Shown here: positions 1 through 8,844 of the stretch, piece after piece
Numbering within the stretch: position 1 is the first letter of the stretch
Layout: each line of letters opens with the position of its first letter
Assembly: GCA_039589315.1 (NCBI GenBank)
Contig: JBDHHQ010000049.1
Span: forward strand, 1-32,904
Length of the DNA stretch: 32,904 bases
From: Gemmatimonadota bacterium
GTDB taxonomy: Bacteria > Gemmatimonadota > Gemmatimonadetes > Longimicrobiales > Gaopeijiaceae
Direction of reading: 5' to 3'
Program-made: the position numbers and the translations under genes
The notes under the pieces: model-generated
Seen by the model: the letters and a program-made list of their open reading frames with translations, nothing else
Told to the model about the DNA's origin: nothing
Databases searched by the model: none

Positions 1-888
1 TTCCTCACGCCCGGCGTGTGCGGGAGCACCGATCAGGCCGGGCAGCCGATCTGCGACCTGACGGCGATCGAGGACCTGCCGGTCCTCAATCCCACGATCA
101 CGAACACTTTCGAGTTGGGATACAAGGGGCTGATCGGTGACCGCTTCCTGCTCTCGGCCAACGCGTACTACACCCGGATCAAGGACTTCACGTCGGCGCT
201 GAAGGTCACGACGCCTCACGCCTTTCTGAATCCCTTCGACATCGAGATGTACCTGCGGGGACTGGGCCTCCCGGCGCCGCAGGCCAGAGCGATCGGCGTG
301 GCCATCGGCGGAGATCCGAACGACGTGAGCGAGGTCGGGATCCCCTTGAGCGTGCTTACCTACGAGAACGCCGGCGGAGCGATCCCCTCCGCCCATCTCA
401 CGTACCAGAACCTGGGAGACGTGGACCTCTTCGGGGCGGACCTGGCGGCCACCTGGGAGCTCGGCGCGACGGTGGCGTTCGTGAGCGACGACACCTTCGA
501 CACCGGAACCGAGCTGGTGCCTCTGAACGCGCCCACGTTCAAGACCGGATGGACCGTGCGCTTTCGCGATGAGGCGAGCGGCTTCAACGCCGGTGCCCTC
601 TTCCGGACGCAGAATGGCTTCCCGGCCAACTCCGGTGTCTACGTCGGCGACGTCGATGGCTACGGCACCTTGGACATGAACTTCGGGTACCGCTTCCCCG
701 GTGCTCGCCCCGTGTCGGTCCAACTGGGGCTGCAGAACCTGATCACGGTCAACGGGACGTGCGGGTTGGATGCGGACCAGGGCATCCCCAAGACATCGTG
801 TGGGATGTTCTCGAGGATGTACCAGAGCTTCGTGGGCGCACCTCTTCTGGGGCGCTACGGCATGCTTCGCCTGGTGTGGGAATTCTAG
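1..888 (+). CDS. TonB-dependent outer-membrane receptor, C-terminal part (5'-truncated by the window)
   Basis: Frame is open from base 1. It has LNPTITNTFELGYKG, ANAYYTRIKDF, YGTLDMNFGYRF and LGLQNL beta-barrel motifs, and ends in an aromatic residue (RLVWEF). Confidence 0.85.
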   Translation, partial: FLTPGVCGSTDQAGQPICDLTAIEDLPVLNPTITNTFELGYKGLIGDRFLLSANAYYTRIKDFTSALKVTTPHAFLNPFDIEMYLRGLGLPAPQARAIGVAIGGDPNDVSEVGIPLSVLTYENAGGAIPSAHLTYQNLGDVDLFGADLAATWELGATVAFVSDDTFDTGTELVPLNAPTFKTGWTVRFRDEASGFNAGALFRTQNGFPANSGVYVGDVDGYGTLDMNFGYRFPGARPVSVQLGLQNLITVNGTCGLDADQGIPKTSCGMFSRMYQSFVGAPLLGRYGMLRLVWEF

Positions 889-974
889 TGGTTCATTCCC
901 AGAGCGGCGGCACGGGACGGTCTTGGGCATCCGCCCCACGCGGTTGCTCGCGAACTTCGGAAACGGAACACTAG

Positions 975-1439
975 ATGGAATCTGCGCCAACCGGTACGAA
1001 CGCGCGTCGGGTGACGATCCGGTGCGCGTTCTGCCTGACCCTCAACGGGGTGGACATCGAGAAGGCAGCCCAACGCCCGACTTGCGGGAGTTGCCAGCGG
1101 CCCATGCTGTTGGACCGGCCGGTCAAGGTCGCCGACGAGGACTTCGAGACGACGGTACTGGGAGCGGAAGCTCCGGTGCTGGTGGACTTCTACGCCGATT
1201 GGTGCGCGCCCTGCAAGATCTTGGCGCCGACGATCGACGACATCGCCCGGGAGAATCAGGGCCGCATGCTGGTGGCCAAAGTGGACACCGACCGCGCCCC
1301 CGAGCTCGCGCAGCGCTACGGCATCCGAGGCGTCCCCACGGTCATCCTGTTTCGGGCCGGAGAGGAGATCTCACGGAGCTGGGGGATCGAGCCCGCGAAG
1401 CTCGAAGCCATGGTCCGCGACGCGACGGGTACCCGGTAG
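975..1439 (+). CDS. trxC: Thioredoxin 2-like protein with N-terminal zinc-binding domain
   Basis: Two CxxC motifs (CAFC, CGSC) followed by a thioredoxin fold: VLVDFYADWCAPC, YGIRGVPT. Confidence 0.85.
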   Translation: MESAPTGTNARRVTIRCAFCLTLNGVDIEKAAQRPTCGSCQRPMLLDRPVKVADEDFETTVLGAEAPVLVDFYADWCAPCKILAPTIDDIARENQGRMLVAKVDTDRAPELAQRYGIRGVPTVILFRAGEEISRSWGIEPAKLEAMVRDATGTR

Positions 1440-1894
1440 TGTCGAAACGCGCGCGGCAAGGCGCGATCCTCGAGGTCGTCCGGCAGCATCGGGTAACGAG
1501 TCAGGAGGCGCTCCGGGAGTTCTTGGTCGAGCGTGGTATCGACGTCACGCAGGCGACGCTCTCGCGAGACATTCGCGACCTGCGGTTGGTGAAGGTGCCG
1601 GGGGCGGAGGGAGCCGCCCACTACACGCTTCCGGACGAGTGGGAGCACACCCCACCTCTGGAATCTCTGCTGCCCACGCTGTTTCTCTCGGCCGAGGGAA
1701 CCGGTAACCTCCTCGTCTTGCGCACGATGACCGGGGGCGCACAAGCGGTGGCACTCGGCATCGACTGGGAGGAGTGGCCCGAGGTGCTCGGCACCATCGC
1801 CGGAGATGACACGATCCTCCTGATCCTTCGCAACGCCGCGCAGATGGACACGGTTCGCCGGCGGCTCGAGGACATCGCAGGGAAGAAGACGTGA
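1439..1894 (+). CDS. argR: Arginine repressor
   Basis: GTG at 1439 overlaps the trxC stop (TAGTG). Has the wHTH motifs SQEAL and VTQATLSRDIRDL and the arginine-binding motif GTIAGDDT; 151 aa. Confidence 0.93.
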   Translation: MSKRARQGAILEVVRQHRVTSQEALREFLVERGIDVTQATLSRDIRDLRLVKVPGAEGAAHYTLPDEWEHTPPLESLLPTLFLSAEGTGNLLVLRTMTGGAQAVALGIDWEEWPEVLGTIAGDDTILLILRNAAQMDTVRRRLEDIAGKKT

Positions 1895-2062
1895 AGGTCC
1901 GTTACCCGGTTGTTGCACGACCGTTACGGATCTGGATCGCAGGACAATGGCGGAGGACAGGCGCATTGGATAGGCTTCACGCGGAGGGTTGCGGGGGTGG
2001 TCCGAGCGCCTGGCACTGGCGCTCCGGTGAACGCACCGTGGGTTCACACACCTGACCTCGTG

Positions 2063-2090
2063 TTGACGTTAGTCGTTGATTCTGCATAAT
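2063..2090 (+). promoter_or_regulatory. Putative sigma70 promoter upstream of the argH leader
   Basis: TTGACG (2063-2068), 16-nt spacer, CATAAT (2085-2090), in a locally AT-rich patch. Confidence 0.6.
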
Positions 2091-2098
2091 TATGCTAT
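2081..2098. promoter_or_regulatory. ARG box (ArgR operator)
   Basis: TCTGCATAATTATGCTAT matches WNTGNATWWWWATNCANW with one mismatch. It overlaps the -10 element and lies between argR and argH. Confidence 0.75.
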
Positions 2099-2101
2099 CG
2101 C

Positions 2102-2284
2102 GCCGCCGGAATGGGCGATCGCGTGGCACCCGAGGAGATCATTGGGGGTCCGGGGCAGGACGAAGCAGGGCGTTACGCCCGACCAGCACCTTGGCGGGAG
2201 GTGTCTGGCTTCCTGTTCCCGGTCCCCATCTTCTTTCTGGTGAGCGAAGGGACGGTTCGGCTCGACGGGCTCAGCTGAGGCGGC
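2102..2284 (+). ncRNA. Candidate structured RNA or 5' leader of unknown family
   Basis: Nested complementarity seen by eye: GCCGCC 2102-2107 / GGCGGC 2279-2284; GAGGAGAT/ATCTTCTT; GGGG/CCCC; CCGGG/CCCGG; GCAGGA/TCCTGT; two apical hairpins. It starts just after the promoter. Confidence 0.3.
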
Positions 2285-2321
2285 CTGCGTGTCCGCCATC
2301 CAGGGGCGCACCGCCGCCAGC

Positions 2322-2360
2322 AAGAGGCCGCGACGGGCTGGATCGTTGTCGCGGCCTCTT
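2322..2360 (+). terminator. Strong hairpin in the argH leader (terminator/attenuator-like)
   Basis: Perfect 13-bp inverted repeat AAGAGGCCGCGAC / GTCGCGGCCTCTT. The U-tail is weak. Confidence 0.5.
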
Positions 2361-2460
2361 CGCGTCGGTATGCTCGACGTAGGTACCGGGCGGGGCCTCT
2401 CGCTCGGGCCATGGTCAGACGGTCCCCGATCCGACCCGCACATCCGAATCGGCGCGAGTC

Positions 2461-3864
2461 ATGACAAGCACGTCGCAATCAGATCAGGAAGGCACCCTCT
2501 GGGGGGGACGTTTCGAGCGCGGCATGGCCCCTGAGATGGTGCCCCTCAATCTTTCCCTGAACGTAGACATCCGGCTCTGGCCCCAGGACGTCAGGGGGAG
2601 CCAGGCGTGGGCCCGGGCGTTGGCCGGAGCCCAGGTGATCTCGGCCGACGAGGCCGAGCGACTGGTCCAGGGATTGCGCCAGGTTGCCGGCAGGCTCGAG
2701 AACGGAGAGGCGGACGAAGCTCCGGACGAGGACATCCACTCGCTGGTGGAGCGCCTCCTGTACGAAGAGGTGGGGGAAGTGGCCGGGAAGCTGCACTCCG
2801 GACGCTCTCGCAACGACCAGGTCGCCACGGACTTTCGCCTCTGGGGCATGGAGGCGGGACGCGGCATCGACGAGCGGATCGGGGATCTCGCCGAAGCTCT
2901 CCTGTCGTTGGCCGAGCGGTCGGTGGACCTGATCATGCCCGGATACACGCACCTCCAGCAGGCCCAACCCATACGAGCGGCGCACTGGGCCCTGGCGCAC
3001 CTGTGGCCCCTCCTCCGGGACCGAGTCCGCGTGCGAGCGGCCGTTTCCTCTGCCTCGGCGCTGCCACTGGGCAACGGCGCCATCGCCGGCTGCCCCTTTC
3101 CCGTTGACCGGGAGGCGCTGCGGGGGGAGCTCGGTTTCGCACGGCTGACCGAGAACAGCCTGGACGGGGTGAGCGACCGCGACTGGGCCGTGGAGCTCGC
3201 ATTCGCCGGCGCGCTCCTCGGAGTCCACATGTCGCGTCTGGCGGAGGACCTCGTCCTCTTCGCGTCGAGGGAGCTCGGCTTCATACGTCTCAGCGACGCG
3301 TACAGCACCGGGTCGAGCCTCATGCCCCAGAAGCGGAACCCCGACGTGGGTGAATTGACGCGGGGCAAGTCGGGCCGGCTGGTGGGGAACCTGGTCTCGC
3401 TGCTGACGCTGCTCAAGGGCCTACCCACGGGCTATAACCGGGACCTGCAAGAGGACAAGGAAGCCGTCTTCGACACGGCGGACACCCTGGCCATGACGTT
3501 GCCCGCGCTGGCGGGGGCGGTCCGCACGACGGAGTGGCGGCCGGACCGTCTGACCGAGGCTCTCGACACGCAACTCCTGGCGACGGACCTGGCCGACTAC
3601 CTCGTTCGGCGAGGCGTGCCGTTCCGGAGGAGCCACGAGGCCGTGGGTCGTCTGGTCAAGGAGGCGGAGCTTGAAGGGTGCTCGCTCGAGGACCTGGCGG
3701 ACGAGCAGTTCCGCCGCGCGGACTCGGCCTTCGAGGCCGACGTGCGCGACGTCTTCTCCTGGGAGCGCTCGGTGGAGGCCCGGGGCGTTCCGGGCGGAAC
3801 GTCGAGGGCGGCGGTCGAGGCACAGCTCGAGCAGGCTCGGTCTCGCCTCGCTGAGAGCGGATAG
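2461..3864 (+). CDS. argH: Argininosuccinate lyase
   Basis: LWGGRF, LHSGRSRNDQVATD, MPGYTHLQ and the fumarase-superfamily signature GSSLMPQKRNPD. Confidence 0.97.
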   Translation: MTSTSQSDQEGTLWGGRFERGMAPEMVPLNLSLNVDIRLWPQDVRGSQAWARALAGAQVISADEAERLVQGLRQVAGRLENGEADEAPDEDIHSLVERLLYEEVGEVAGKLHSGRSRNDQVATDFRLWGMEAGRGIDERIGDLAEALLSLAERSVDLIMPGYTHLQQAQPIRAAHWALAHLWPLLRDRVRVRAAVSSASALPLGNGAIAGCPFPVDREALRGELGFARLTENSLDGVSDRDWAVELAFAGALLGVHMSRLAEDLVLFASRELGFIRLSDAYSTGSSLMPQKRNPDVGELTRGKSGRLVGNLVSLLTLLKGLPTGYNRDLQEDKEAVFDTADTLAMTLPALAGAVRTTEWRPDRLTEALDTQLLATDLADYLVRRGVPFRRSHEAVGRLVKEAELEGCSLEDLADEQFRRADSAFEADVRDVFSWERSVEARGVPGGTSRAAVEAQLEQARSRLAESG

Positions 3865-3896
3865 GGTAGCGGGCGCTGCTGCGCTCCGGTAAGAGA

Positions 3897-3932
3897 ACGA
3901 CCCCGCCGCCGGAGCGCCGGCGGCGGGGTCGT
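3897..3932. terminator. Intrinsic terminator between convergent argH and fbaB
   Basis: 16-bp perfect stem ACGACCCCGCCGCCGG-agcg-CCGGCGGCGGGGTCGT, followed by UCUCUU on the minus strand. Confidence 0.75.
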
Positions 3933-3955
3933 CCGTACCAGGGACCGCAGCCCGG

Positions 3956-5020
3956 TTACGCGATATCCACCGCCGGGTCCAGATACACGTCCTGGATGGC
4001 GTTCAGGAGTCGGACACCCTCGTCCATGGGCTTCTGGAACGCCTTCCGGCCGGAGATCAGTCCCATCCCGCCGGCACGCTTGTTGATCACGGCCGTGCGT
4101 ACGGCTTGCGCGAGGTCGTTCGAGCCGCTGGCACCGCCGGAGTTGATGAGTCCGGCCCGGCCCATGTAGCAGTTGGCCACCTGATAGCGGGTCAGCTCGA
4201 TGGGATGGTCCGGCACCAGGTCCCCGTAGATGCGCTCGTGGGTCTTGGCGAAGCCGATGGCCTTGAAGCCACCGTTCCGCTCCGCCTGCTTCTGCTTGAT
4301 GATGTCCGCCTGGATCGTCACGCCAAGGTGGTTCGCCTGGCCCGTCAGATCGGCGGCGGTGTGGTAGTCCGTCCCGTCGTGCTTGAACGCGCTGTTGCGG
4401 AGGTACGCCCAGAGCACGGTCGCCAGCCCGAGGTCGTGGGCCATGGAGAACGCCTCCGAGACCTCCTGGAGCTGCCGCATGGAGTGGTCCGATCCGAAGT
4501 AGATGGTCGCCCCCACGGCGATGGCCCCCATGTCGAAGGCCTGCTGGACAGAGCCGAACTCCACCTGGTCGAACTTGTTCGGGTAGGTCAGCAGCTCGTT
4601 GTGGTTGAGCTTGACCAGGAACGGGATCTTGTGAGCGTACTTGCGGGCGCACGAGCCCAGCACGCCCAGCGTGGAGGCCACGCCGTTGCAGCCGCCCTCG
4701 ATCGCCAGCTCGATGATGTTCTCCGGATCGAAGTAGGCCGGATTCGGGGCAAAGCTGGCCCCCGCGGTGTGCTCGATGCCCTGGTCGACCGGCAGGATGG
4801 ACACGTATCCGGACCCACCGAGGCGCCCGTGATCCAGGAGCTGTTGGTAGCTACGGAGCACCCGCGGGGAACGGTCCGAAGGGGCGAGGATCCGGTCCAC
4901 GAAGTCGGGTCCCGGAAGGTGCAGGGTCTCCTTGGGGAAACCGCTGCAACGGTAGCTCAGGAGCCCTTCGGCCTCGGCGCCGAGGATCTCCTCGATTCTG
5001 CTCACGGCAGTGGTGGTCAT
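3956..5020 (-). CDS. fbaB: Class I fructose-bisphosphate aldolase (DhnA/FbaB type)
   Basis: [29 protein letters not shown] (Schiff-base Lys), [20 protein letters not shown]. Confidence 0.95.
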   Translation of the reverse strand: MTTTAVSRIEEILGAEAEGLLSYRCSGFPKETLHLPGPDFVDRILAPSDRSPRVLRSYQQLLDHGRLGGSGYVSILPVDQGIEHTAGASFAPNPAYFDPENIIELAIEGGCNGVASTLGVLGSCARKYAHKIPFLVKLNHNELLTYPNKFDQVEFGSVQQAFDMGAIAVGATIYFGSDHSMRQLQEVSEAFSMAHDLGLATVLWAYLRNSAFKHDGTDYHTAADLTGQANHLGVTIQADIIKQKQAERNGGFKAIGFAKTHERIYGDLVPDHPIELTRYQVANCYMGRAGLINSGGASGSNDLAQAVRTAVINKRAGGMGLISGRKAFQKPMDEGVRLLNAIQDVYLDPAVDIA

Positions 5021-5116
5021 TGAAGCCTCCCTGGGCGGTGAACCTACACCGCGTCGTTCGCTGGTCGACGTTCCTCCAGAACGTGACCCTAACCTAGCGC
5101 CCGAGCGGCCGTGTCT

Positions 5117-6184
5117 CTAGCCCAGGTGCGACGGTTCCGCGCGGTGATCGCCAGGGGAGTCGGTCAACGTGGTCAGCGTTCGTCCGACGGCGTCCACGAA
5201 AGGCCGGAGCCCAGCCATCATGCCGTCGAACTCGTCGAAGTCCAGGGACTGCTCGCCGTCCGAAGAAGCGGTCTCGGGCTCGGGATGCACCTCGACGATG
5301 AGACCGTCTGCTCCCGCTGCCACCGCCGCGTACGACAGGGGGGCCACCAGGCTCCGGCGACCTCCCGCGTGACTCGGGTCGGCGAGGACCGGAAGGTGCG
5401 TCTCTTCCTTGAGCACCGGAATGGCCGCGAGGTCGAACGTGTTGCGGGTGGCGGTCTCGAACGTCCGGATGCCGCGCTCGCAGAGGATCACGTTCAGGTT
5501 GCCCTGGCTCATGACGTATTCGGCGGCCAGCAGGAGGTCCTTGACGGTGGCCGACATCCCCCGCTTGAGGAGAACCGGTCGTTGGAGGCGGCCCACCTCC
5601 GTCAGGAGCGCGAAGTTCTGCATGTTCCGCGCGCCGATCTGCAGCACGTCTGCGTATCCCGCGACCAGATCCACTTGCCGCGTGTCCATGACCTCCGTGA
5701 CGACGGGAAGGCCCGTCTCCGCGCGCACGTCGGCCAGCAGGTGCAGGGCTTGCTCACCAAGCCCCTTGAAAGAGTACGGAGACGTGCGTGGCTTGAACGC
5801 ACCGCCTCTGAGGCCAGCGGCTCCTGCCGCGCGGACCTGGGCAGCGGTTTCGCGTAACATCTCGGGCCCCTCGACGGAGCATGGCCCGGCGAATACGAAG
5901 AACCCAGGCGCTCCGAGCGTCCGGCTCCCCAATGGGATCTTCGTGAGGTCGGCGGCGAACTCTCGGGCCGCCAACTTGTAGGGCTTCGTGACCTCATGGA
6001 CCGCCTCGACTCCGGGAATCGAGAGCAGGGGCACTTCGGACAGCACCTTTCGGTCGCCGATGCACCCGATGATCGTTCTGATCTCACCCCGCGAGACGTG
6101 GGTGCGGAGGCCCAGACCCTCCACCCGCTCTCGGATGTGGTCGAGCTCTTCGTCCGTGATCCCGACTCGGGTCACGATGATCAT
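5117..6184 (-). CDS. aroF: 3-deoxy-7-phosphoheptulonate (DAHP) synthase, class I-beta with N-terminal regulatory domain
   Basis: Start placed at MIIVTRVG with AAGGA upstream. Has [41 protein letters not shown] and DPSH motifs. Confidence 0.93.
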   Translation of the reverse strand: MIIVTRVGITDEELDHIRERVEGLGLRTHVSRGEIRTIIGCIGDRKVLSEVPLLSIPGVEAVHEVTKPYKLAAREFAADLTKIPLGSRTLGAPGFFVFAGPCSVEGPEMLRETAAQVRAAGAAGLRGGAFKPRTSPYSFKGLGEQALHLLADVRAETGLPVVTEVMDTRQVDLVAGYADVLQIGARNMQNFALLTEVGRLQRPVLLKRGMSATVKDLLLAAEYVMSQGNLNVILCERGIRTFETATRNTFDLAAIPVLKEETHLPVLADPSHAGGRRSLVAPLSYAAVAAGADGLIVEVHPEPETASSDGEQSLDFDEFDGMMAGLRPFVDAVGRTLTTLTDSPGDHRAEPSHLG

Positions 6185-6543
6185 GCGCCGCGTCCTTCGG
6201 GCAGGAGCCCCGGAGGGGCTGGTGAGTAGAGCGAGGGACGGAATGCTGGCGCCGGGTGGCGAAGGTGTCAACCACGGCTTCTTGGCCACCTGGCCCGCAG
6301 ATGTCATCACCGCCGGTACGAGCACGGTGGTCGAGGGCCCCCAAGGAGGCATCTGGTGGGGCGCGACGGAGGCGGGTAGATTCGCCCCGCCCGTCACCGG
6401 GTGAACGCTTCCAGCTCCTCCCGCGACAGACCCATGCCCGTCTCCACTACCCAGCTTCGGACACGAGAGATCGTCGTACCGGGAGCGGCCCTGCCGCCCC
6501 GGACAAGCGACCAGAGATTCACCAATGCCGGTGAAATGACGGC

Positions 6544-7236
6544 GTGAGCGCCCTGAAGAAGGCGGCCGCGGAACGGGCCGTGGAGGAGGTGCGCTCCGGC
6601 ATGGCAGTCGGGCTGGGCACCGGGAGCACGGTCGCCCATTTTCTCACGGCGCTGGCGGAGCGAATCCAGGACGGAACCGTGGACGGCATCGTCGGAGTGC
6701 CCACCTCGGTTCGGACTGCCGAAGCCGCGACGGAGCTGGGGATCCCGCTCACGGAGTTGGCCAAGCAGCCGGTCCTGGACCTCACCGTCGACGGAGCCGA
6801 CGAGGTCGATCCTCGCCTCGACCTGATCAAGGGGCTGGGGGGGGCGCTCCTCAGGGAGAAGATCGTGGCGCGGGCGTCGAGGCGGCTGGTCATCATCGCC
6901 GACGAGAGCAAGCGGGTGGATCGTCTTGGCCGGCGGTCACCGCTGCCGGTTGAGGTGGTACGGTTCGCCTGGGAGCTCCATCTTCCGCTCTTCCGGGCAT
7001 TGGGGTCGGATCCTCGTCTTCGGCGGACCGCAGACGGTGAGCCGTACCTGACCGACAACGGCAACTACGTGGTCGATTGCCACTTTGGCGAGGGGATCGA
7101 CGACCCGGCGGGTGTGGAGGCGGAGCTCCAGCGACAGGTGGGCGTGGTGGAAAGCGGGCTCTTCCTGGACATGGCCGCTCGGGCGGTCATCGGGAGCGAG
7201 GCCGGTGTCTACGTGTTGGACCGGGAGCACGAATGA
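6544..7236 (+). CDS. rpiA: Ribose-5-phosphate isomerase A
   Basis: [42 protein letters not shown]. Confidence 0.96.
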   Translation: MSALKKAAAERAVEEVRSGMAVGLGTGSTVAHFLTALAERIQDGTVDGIVGVPTSVRTAEAATELGIPLTELAKQPVLDLTVDGADEVDPRLDLIKGLGGALLREKIVARASRRLVIIADESKRVDRLGRRSPLPVEVVRFAWELHLPLFRALGSDPRLRRTADGEPYLTDNGNYVVDCHFGEGIDDPAGVEAELQRQVGVVESGLFLDMAARAVIGSEAGVYVLDREHE

Positions 7237-7910
7237 GCGTCAAGATCGCACCGTCGATTCTATCGGCCGACTTCGGCCGCCTCGCCGAGGACGTGGCGAA
7301 GGCGGAGGCGGCCGGAGCGGATTGGATTCACGTGGACGTGATGGACGGCCATTTCGTCCCCAACATCACCATCGGCCCCGGAGTGACGGCGGCGGTGCGG
7401 AAGGTCACCGACCTGCCGGTGGACGTGCATCTGATGATCGAAGCGCCCGAGCGTTACGTCGAGGCCTTCGTGGCCGCCGGTGCCGATCGGATCACGGTGC
7501 ACCAGGAGACCTGTCCCCACCTCCACAGGACACTCCAGCAGATCCACGAGGCGGGAGCCTTGCCGGGGGTGGCCGTCAATCCCTCCACGCCGGTGGAGTC
7601 CCTCTCGGAGGTCTTGGGCGATCTGGAGCTGCTTCTGGTCATGTCGGTGAACCCCGGCTTCGGCGGACAGGCTTACATTCCCGCGTCCACCGACCGGTTA
7701 CGGCGCGCCCGCCGGCTCCTGGACCGGGCCGGCAGGTCCACCGTGGAGCTTCAGGTGGACGGTGGGGTCGACGCCAGGACCACCCCGGAGATCGTAGAGG
7801 CCGGGGCTACGGTCCTGGTGGCTGGCTCAGCCGTCTTCCGCCATCCCTACGGGATCGAGTCCGGGATCCGCGCCATCCGGGAAGCGGCCGAAGGGGTGCC
7901 GACGGCATAA
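7233..7910 (+). CDS. rpe: Ribulose-phosphate 3-epimerase
   Basis: ATGA overlap with rpiA. IAPSILSADF, HVDVMDGHFVPN, DVHLMI, MSVNPGFGGQ, VDGG. Confidence 0.96.
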   Translation: MSVKIAPSILSADFGRLAEDVAKAEAAGADWIHVDVMDGHFVPNITIGPGVTAAVRKVTDLPVDVHLMIEAPERYVEAFVAAGADRITVHQETCPHLHRTLQQIHEAGALPGVAVNPSTPVESLSEVLGDLELLLVMSVNPGFGGQAYIPASTDRLRRARRLLDRAGRSTVELQVDGGVDARTTPEIVEAGATVLVAGSAVFRHPYGIESGIRAIREAAEGVPTA

Positions 7911-8131
7911 CTCCGGCGGTGCGCCGGGACCGTCGGCCATGCCCGTTGCCAGGCGCTGTCGACGGCTTGCCCAATCAACCTCGCGTCCGGGCCTCCGAGA
8001 GTGTCATCTTCCATACGAGAGACTTGAGTTTCGGCCTGCTGAGGCCGACTTCTTGTGGTGGTGATGCACGCTTGCAGCAGTGCGGCAAGCCAGAAATGAC
8101 TCTGGATTTCCCGCCGGAGGAGAAGGCCCCA

Positions 8132-8473
8132 ATGCTCGACCCGAGCGCCATCAAACGCCTCGAGGAGTGGGGCGGACCCCCGTTGGTCAAGAAGATGGTC
8201 GCCTTGTTCTTGGAGACGTCGCAGGACAGGATCACCCAACTACGGCAGGGACTTGCGGACAAGAGCCTCGACGAGGCAGAGCGGGCCGCTCATTCTCTGA
8301 AGTCGAGCGCCGCGAATGTGGGCGCGACCCAACTCCAGCAGGTTTCCGCGACTCTGGAGAACCGACTTTCCGCGAAGGACGTGGCCGGAGCGCGGACGCT
8401 GGTGAAGGAGTTGGAAACCGCCCATACGGATGCCGTTCGGGCGTTGCAGGTACTGAAGGAGCAGTTGCCATGA
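8132..8473 (+). CDS. Stand-alone Hpt (histidine phosphotransfer) protein
   Basis: AAHSLKSSAANVGA Hpt motif. GGAGGA precedes ATG 8132; an alternative ATG lies at 8096. Confidence 0.88.
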   Translation: MLDPSAIKRLEEWGGPPLVKKMVALFLETSQDRITQLRQGLADKSLDEAERAAHSLKSSAANVGATQLQQVSATLENRLSAKDVAGARTLVKELETAHTDAVRALQVLKEQLP

Positions 8474-8844
8474 AGCTCAAAGTGGCGGTAGTGGAGGACA
8501 ATCCGGACAATCGTCTGCTGGTGGAAGCCCTGTTGGACGATCTGTACGAAATCTCGGAGTACGAGACCGGAGTCGAGGCCGTGGAAGGCCTCGGGGATGA
8601 TGTCCCGGACCTGGTGCTCCTGGACATCTCGCTGCCGGAGATGGACGGGACCGAGGTGCTCGCTTGGATCCGCCAGGACGAGCGGGTGAAGCACGTTCCG
8701 GTCATTGCGCTCACGGCGCACGCCATGGCGGGCGACCGGGAGAAGTTCCTTGCCGCGGGCTTCAACGACTACGTGACGAAGCCGATCGTCGACGAGACGG
8801 TTCTCCTCGGTGCCATCGAGCGGTGGTTGAGCCAGACTCCGTAG
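8470..8844 (+). CDS. Single-domain response regulator (DivK/CheY-like receiver)
   Basis: VVEDN, PDLVLLDISLPEMDG, VIALTAHAM, YVTKP; ATGA overlap with the Hpt gene. Confidence 0.92.
   Translation: MKLKVAVVEDNPDNRLLVEALLDDLYEISEYETGVEAVEGLGDDVPDLVLLDISLPEMDGTEVLAWIRQDERVKHVPVIALTAHAMAGDREKFLAAGFNDYVTKPIVDETVLLGAIERWLSQTP

Noticed and set aside
1892..1934. argR TGA stop followed by a stem-loop and an open frame to 2089 (SECIS/readthrough idea)
   Set aside because: ArgR is already complete at 151 aa, the position is not a Cys-equivalent site, and open frames this long are common in GC-rich DNA.
2121..2132. GCGTGGCACCCG resembling a T-box antiterminator motif
   Set aside because: It is at the 5' end of the predicted transcript with no Stem I or specifier loop before it and no adjacent terminator.
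2092..2382. Arg-rich ORF (MLSRRRNGRSRGTRG...) as an arginine attenuator peptide
   Set aside because: The ATG lies only 1 nt after the -10 box, probably upstream of the transcription start. There is no ribosome-binding site, 96 aa is too long for a leader peptide, and Arg-richness is expected off-frame at this GC content.
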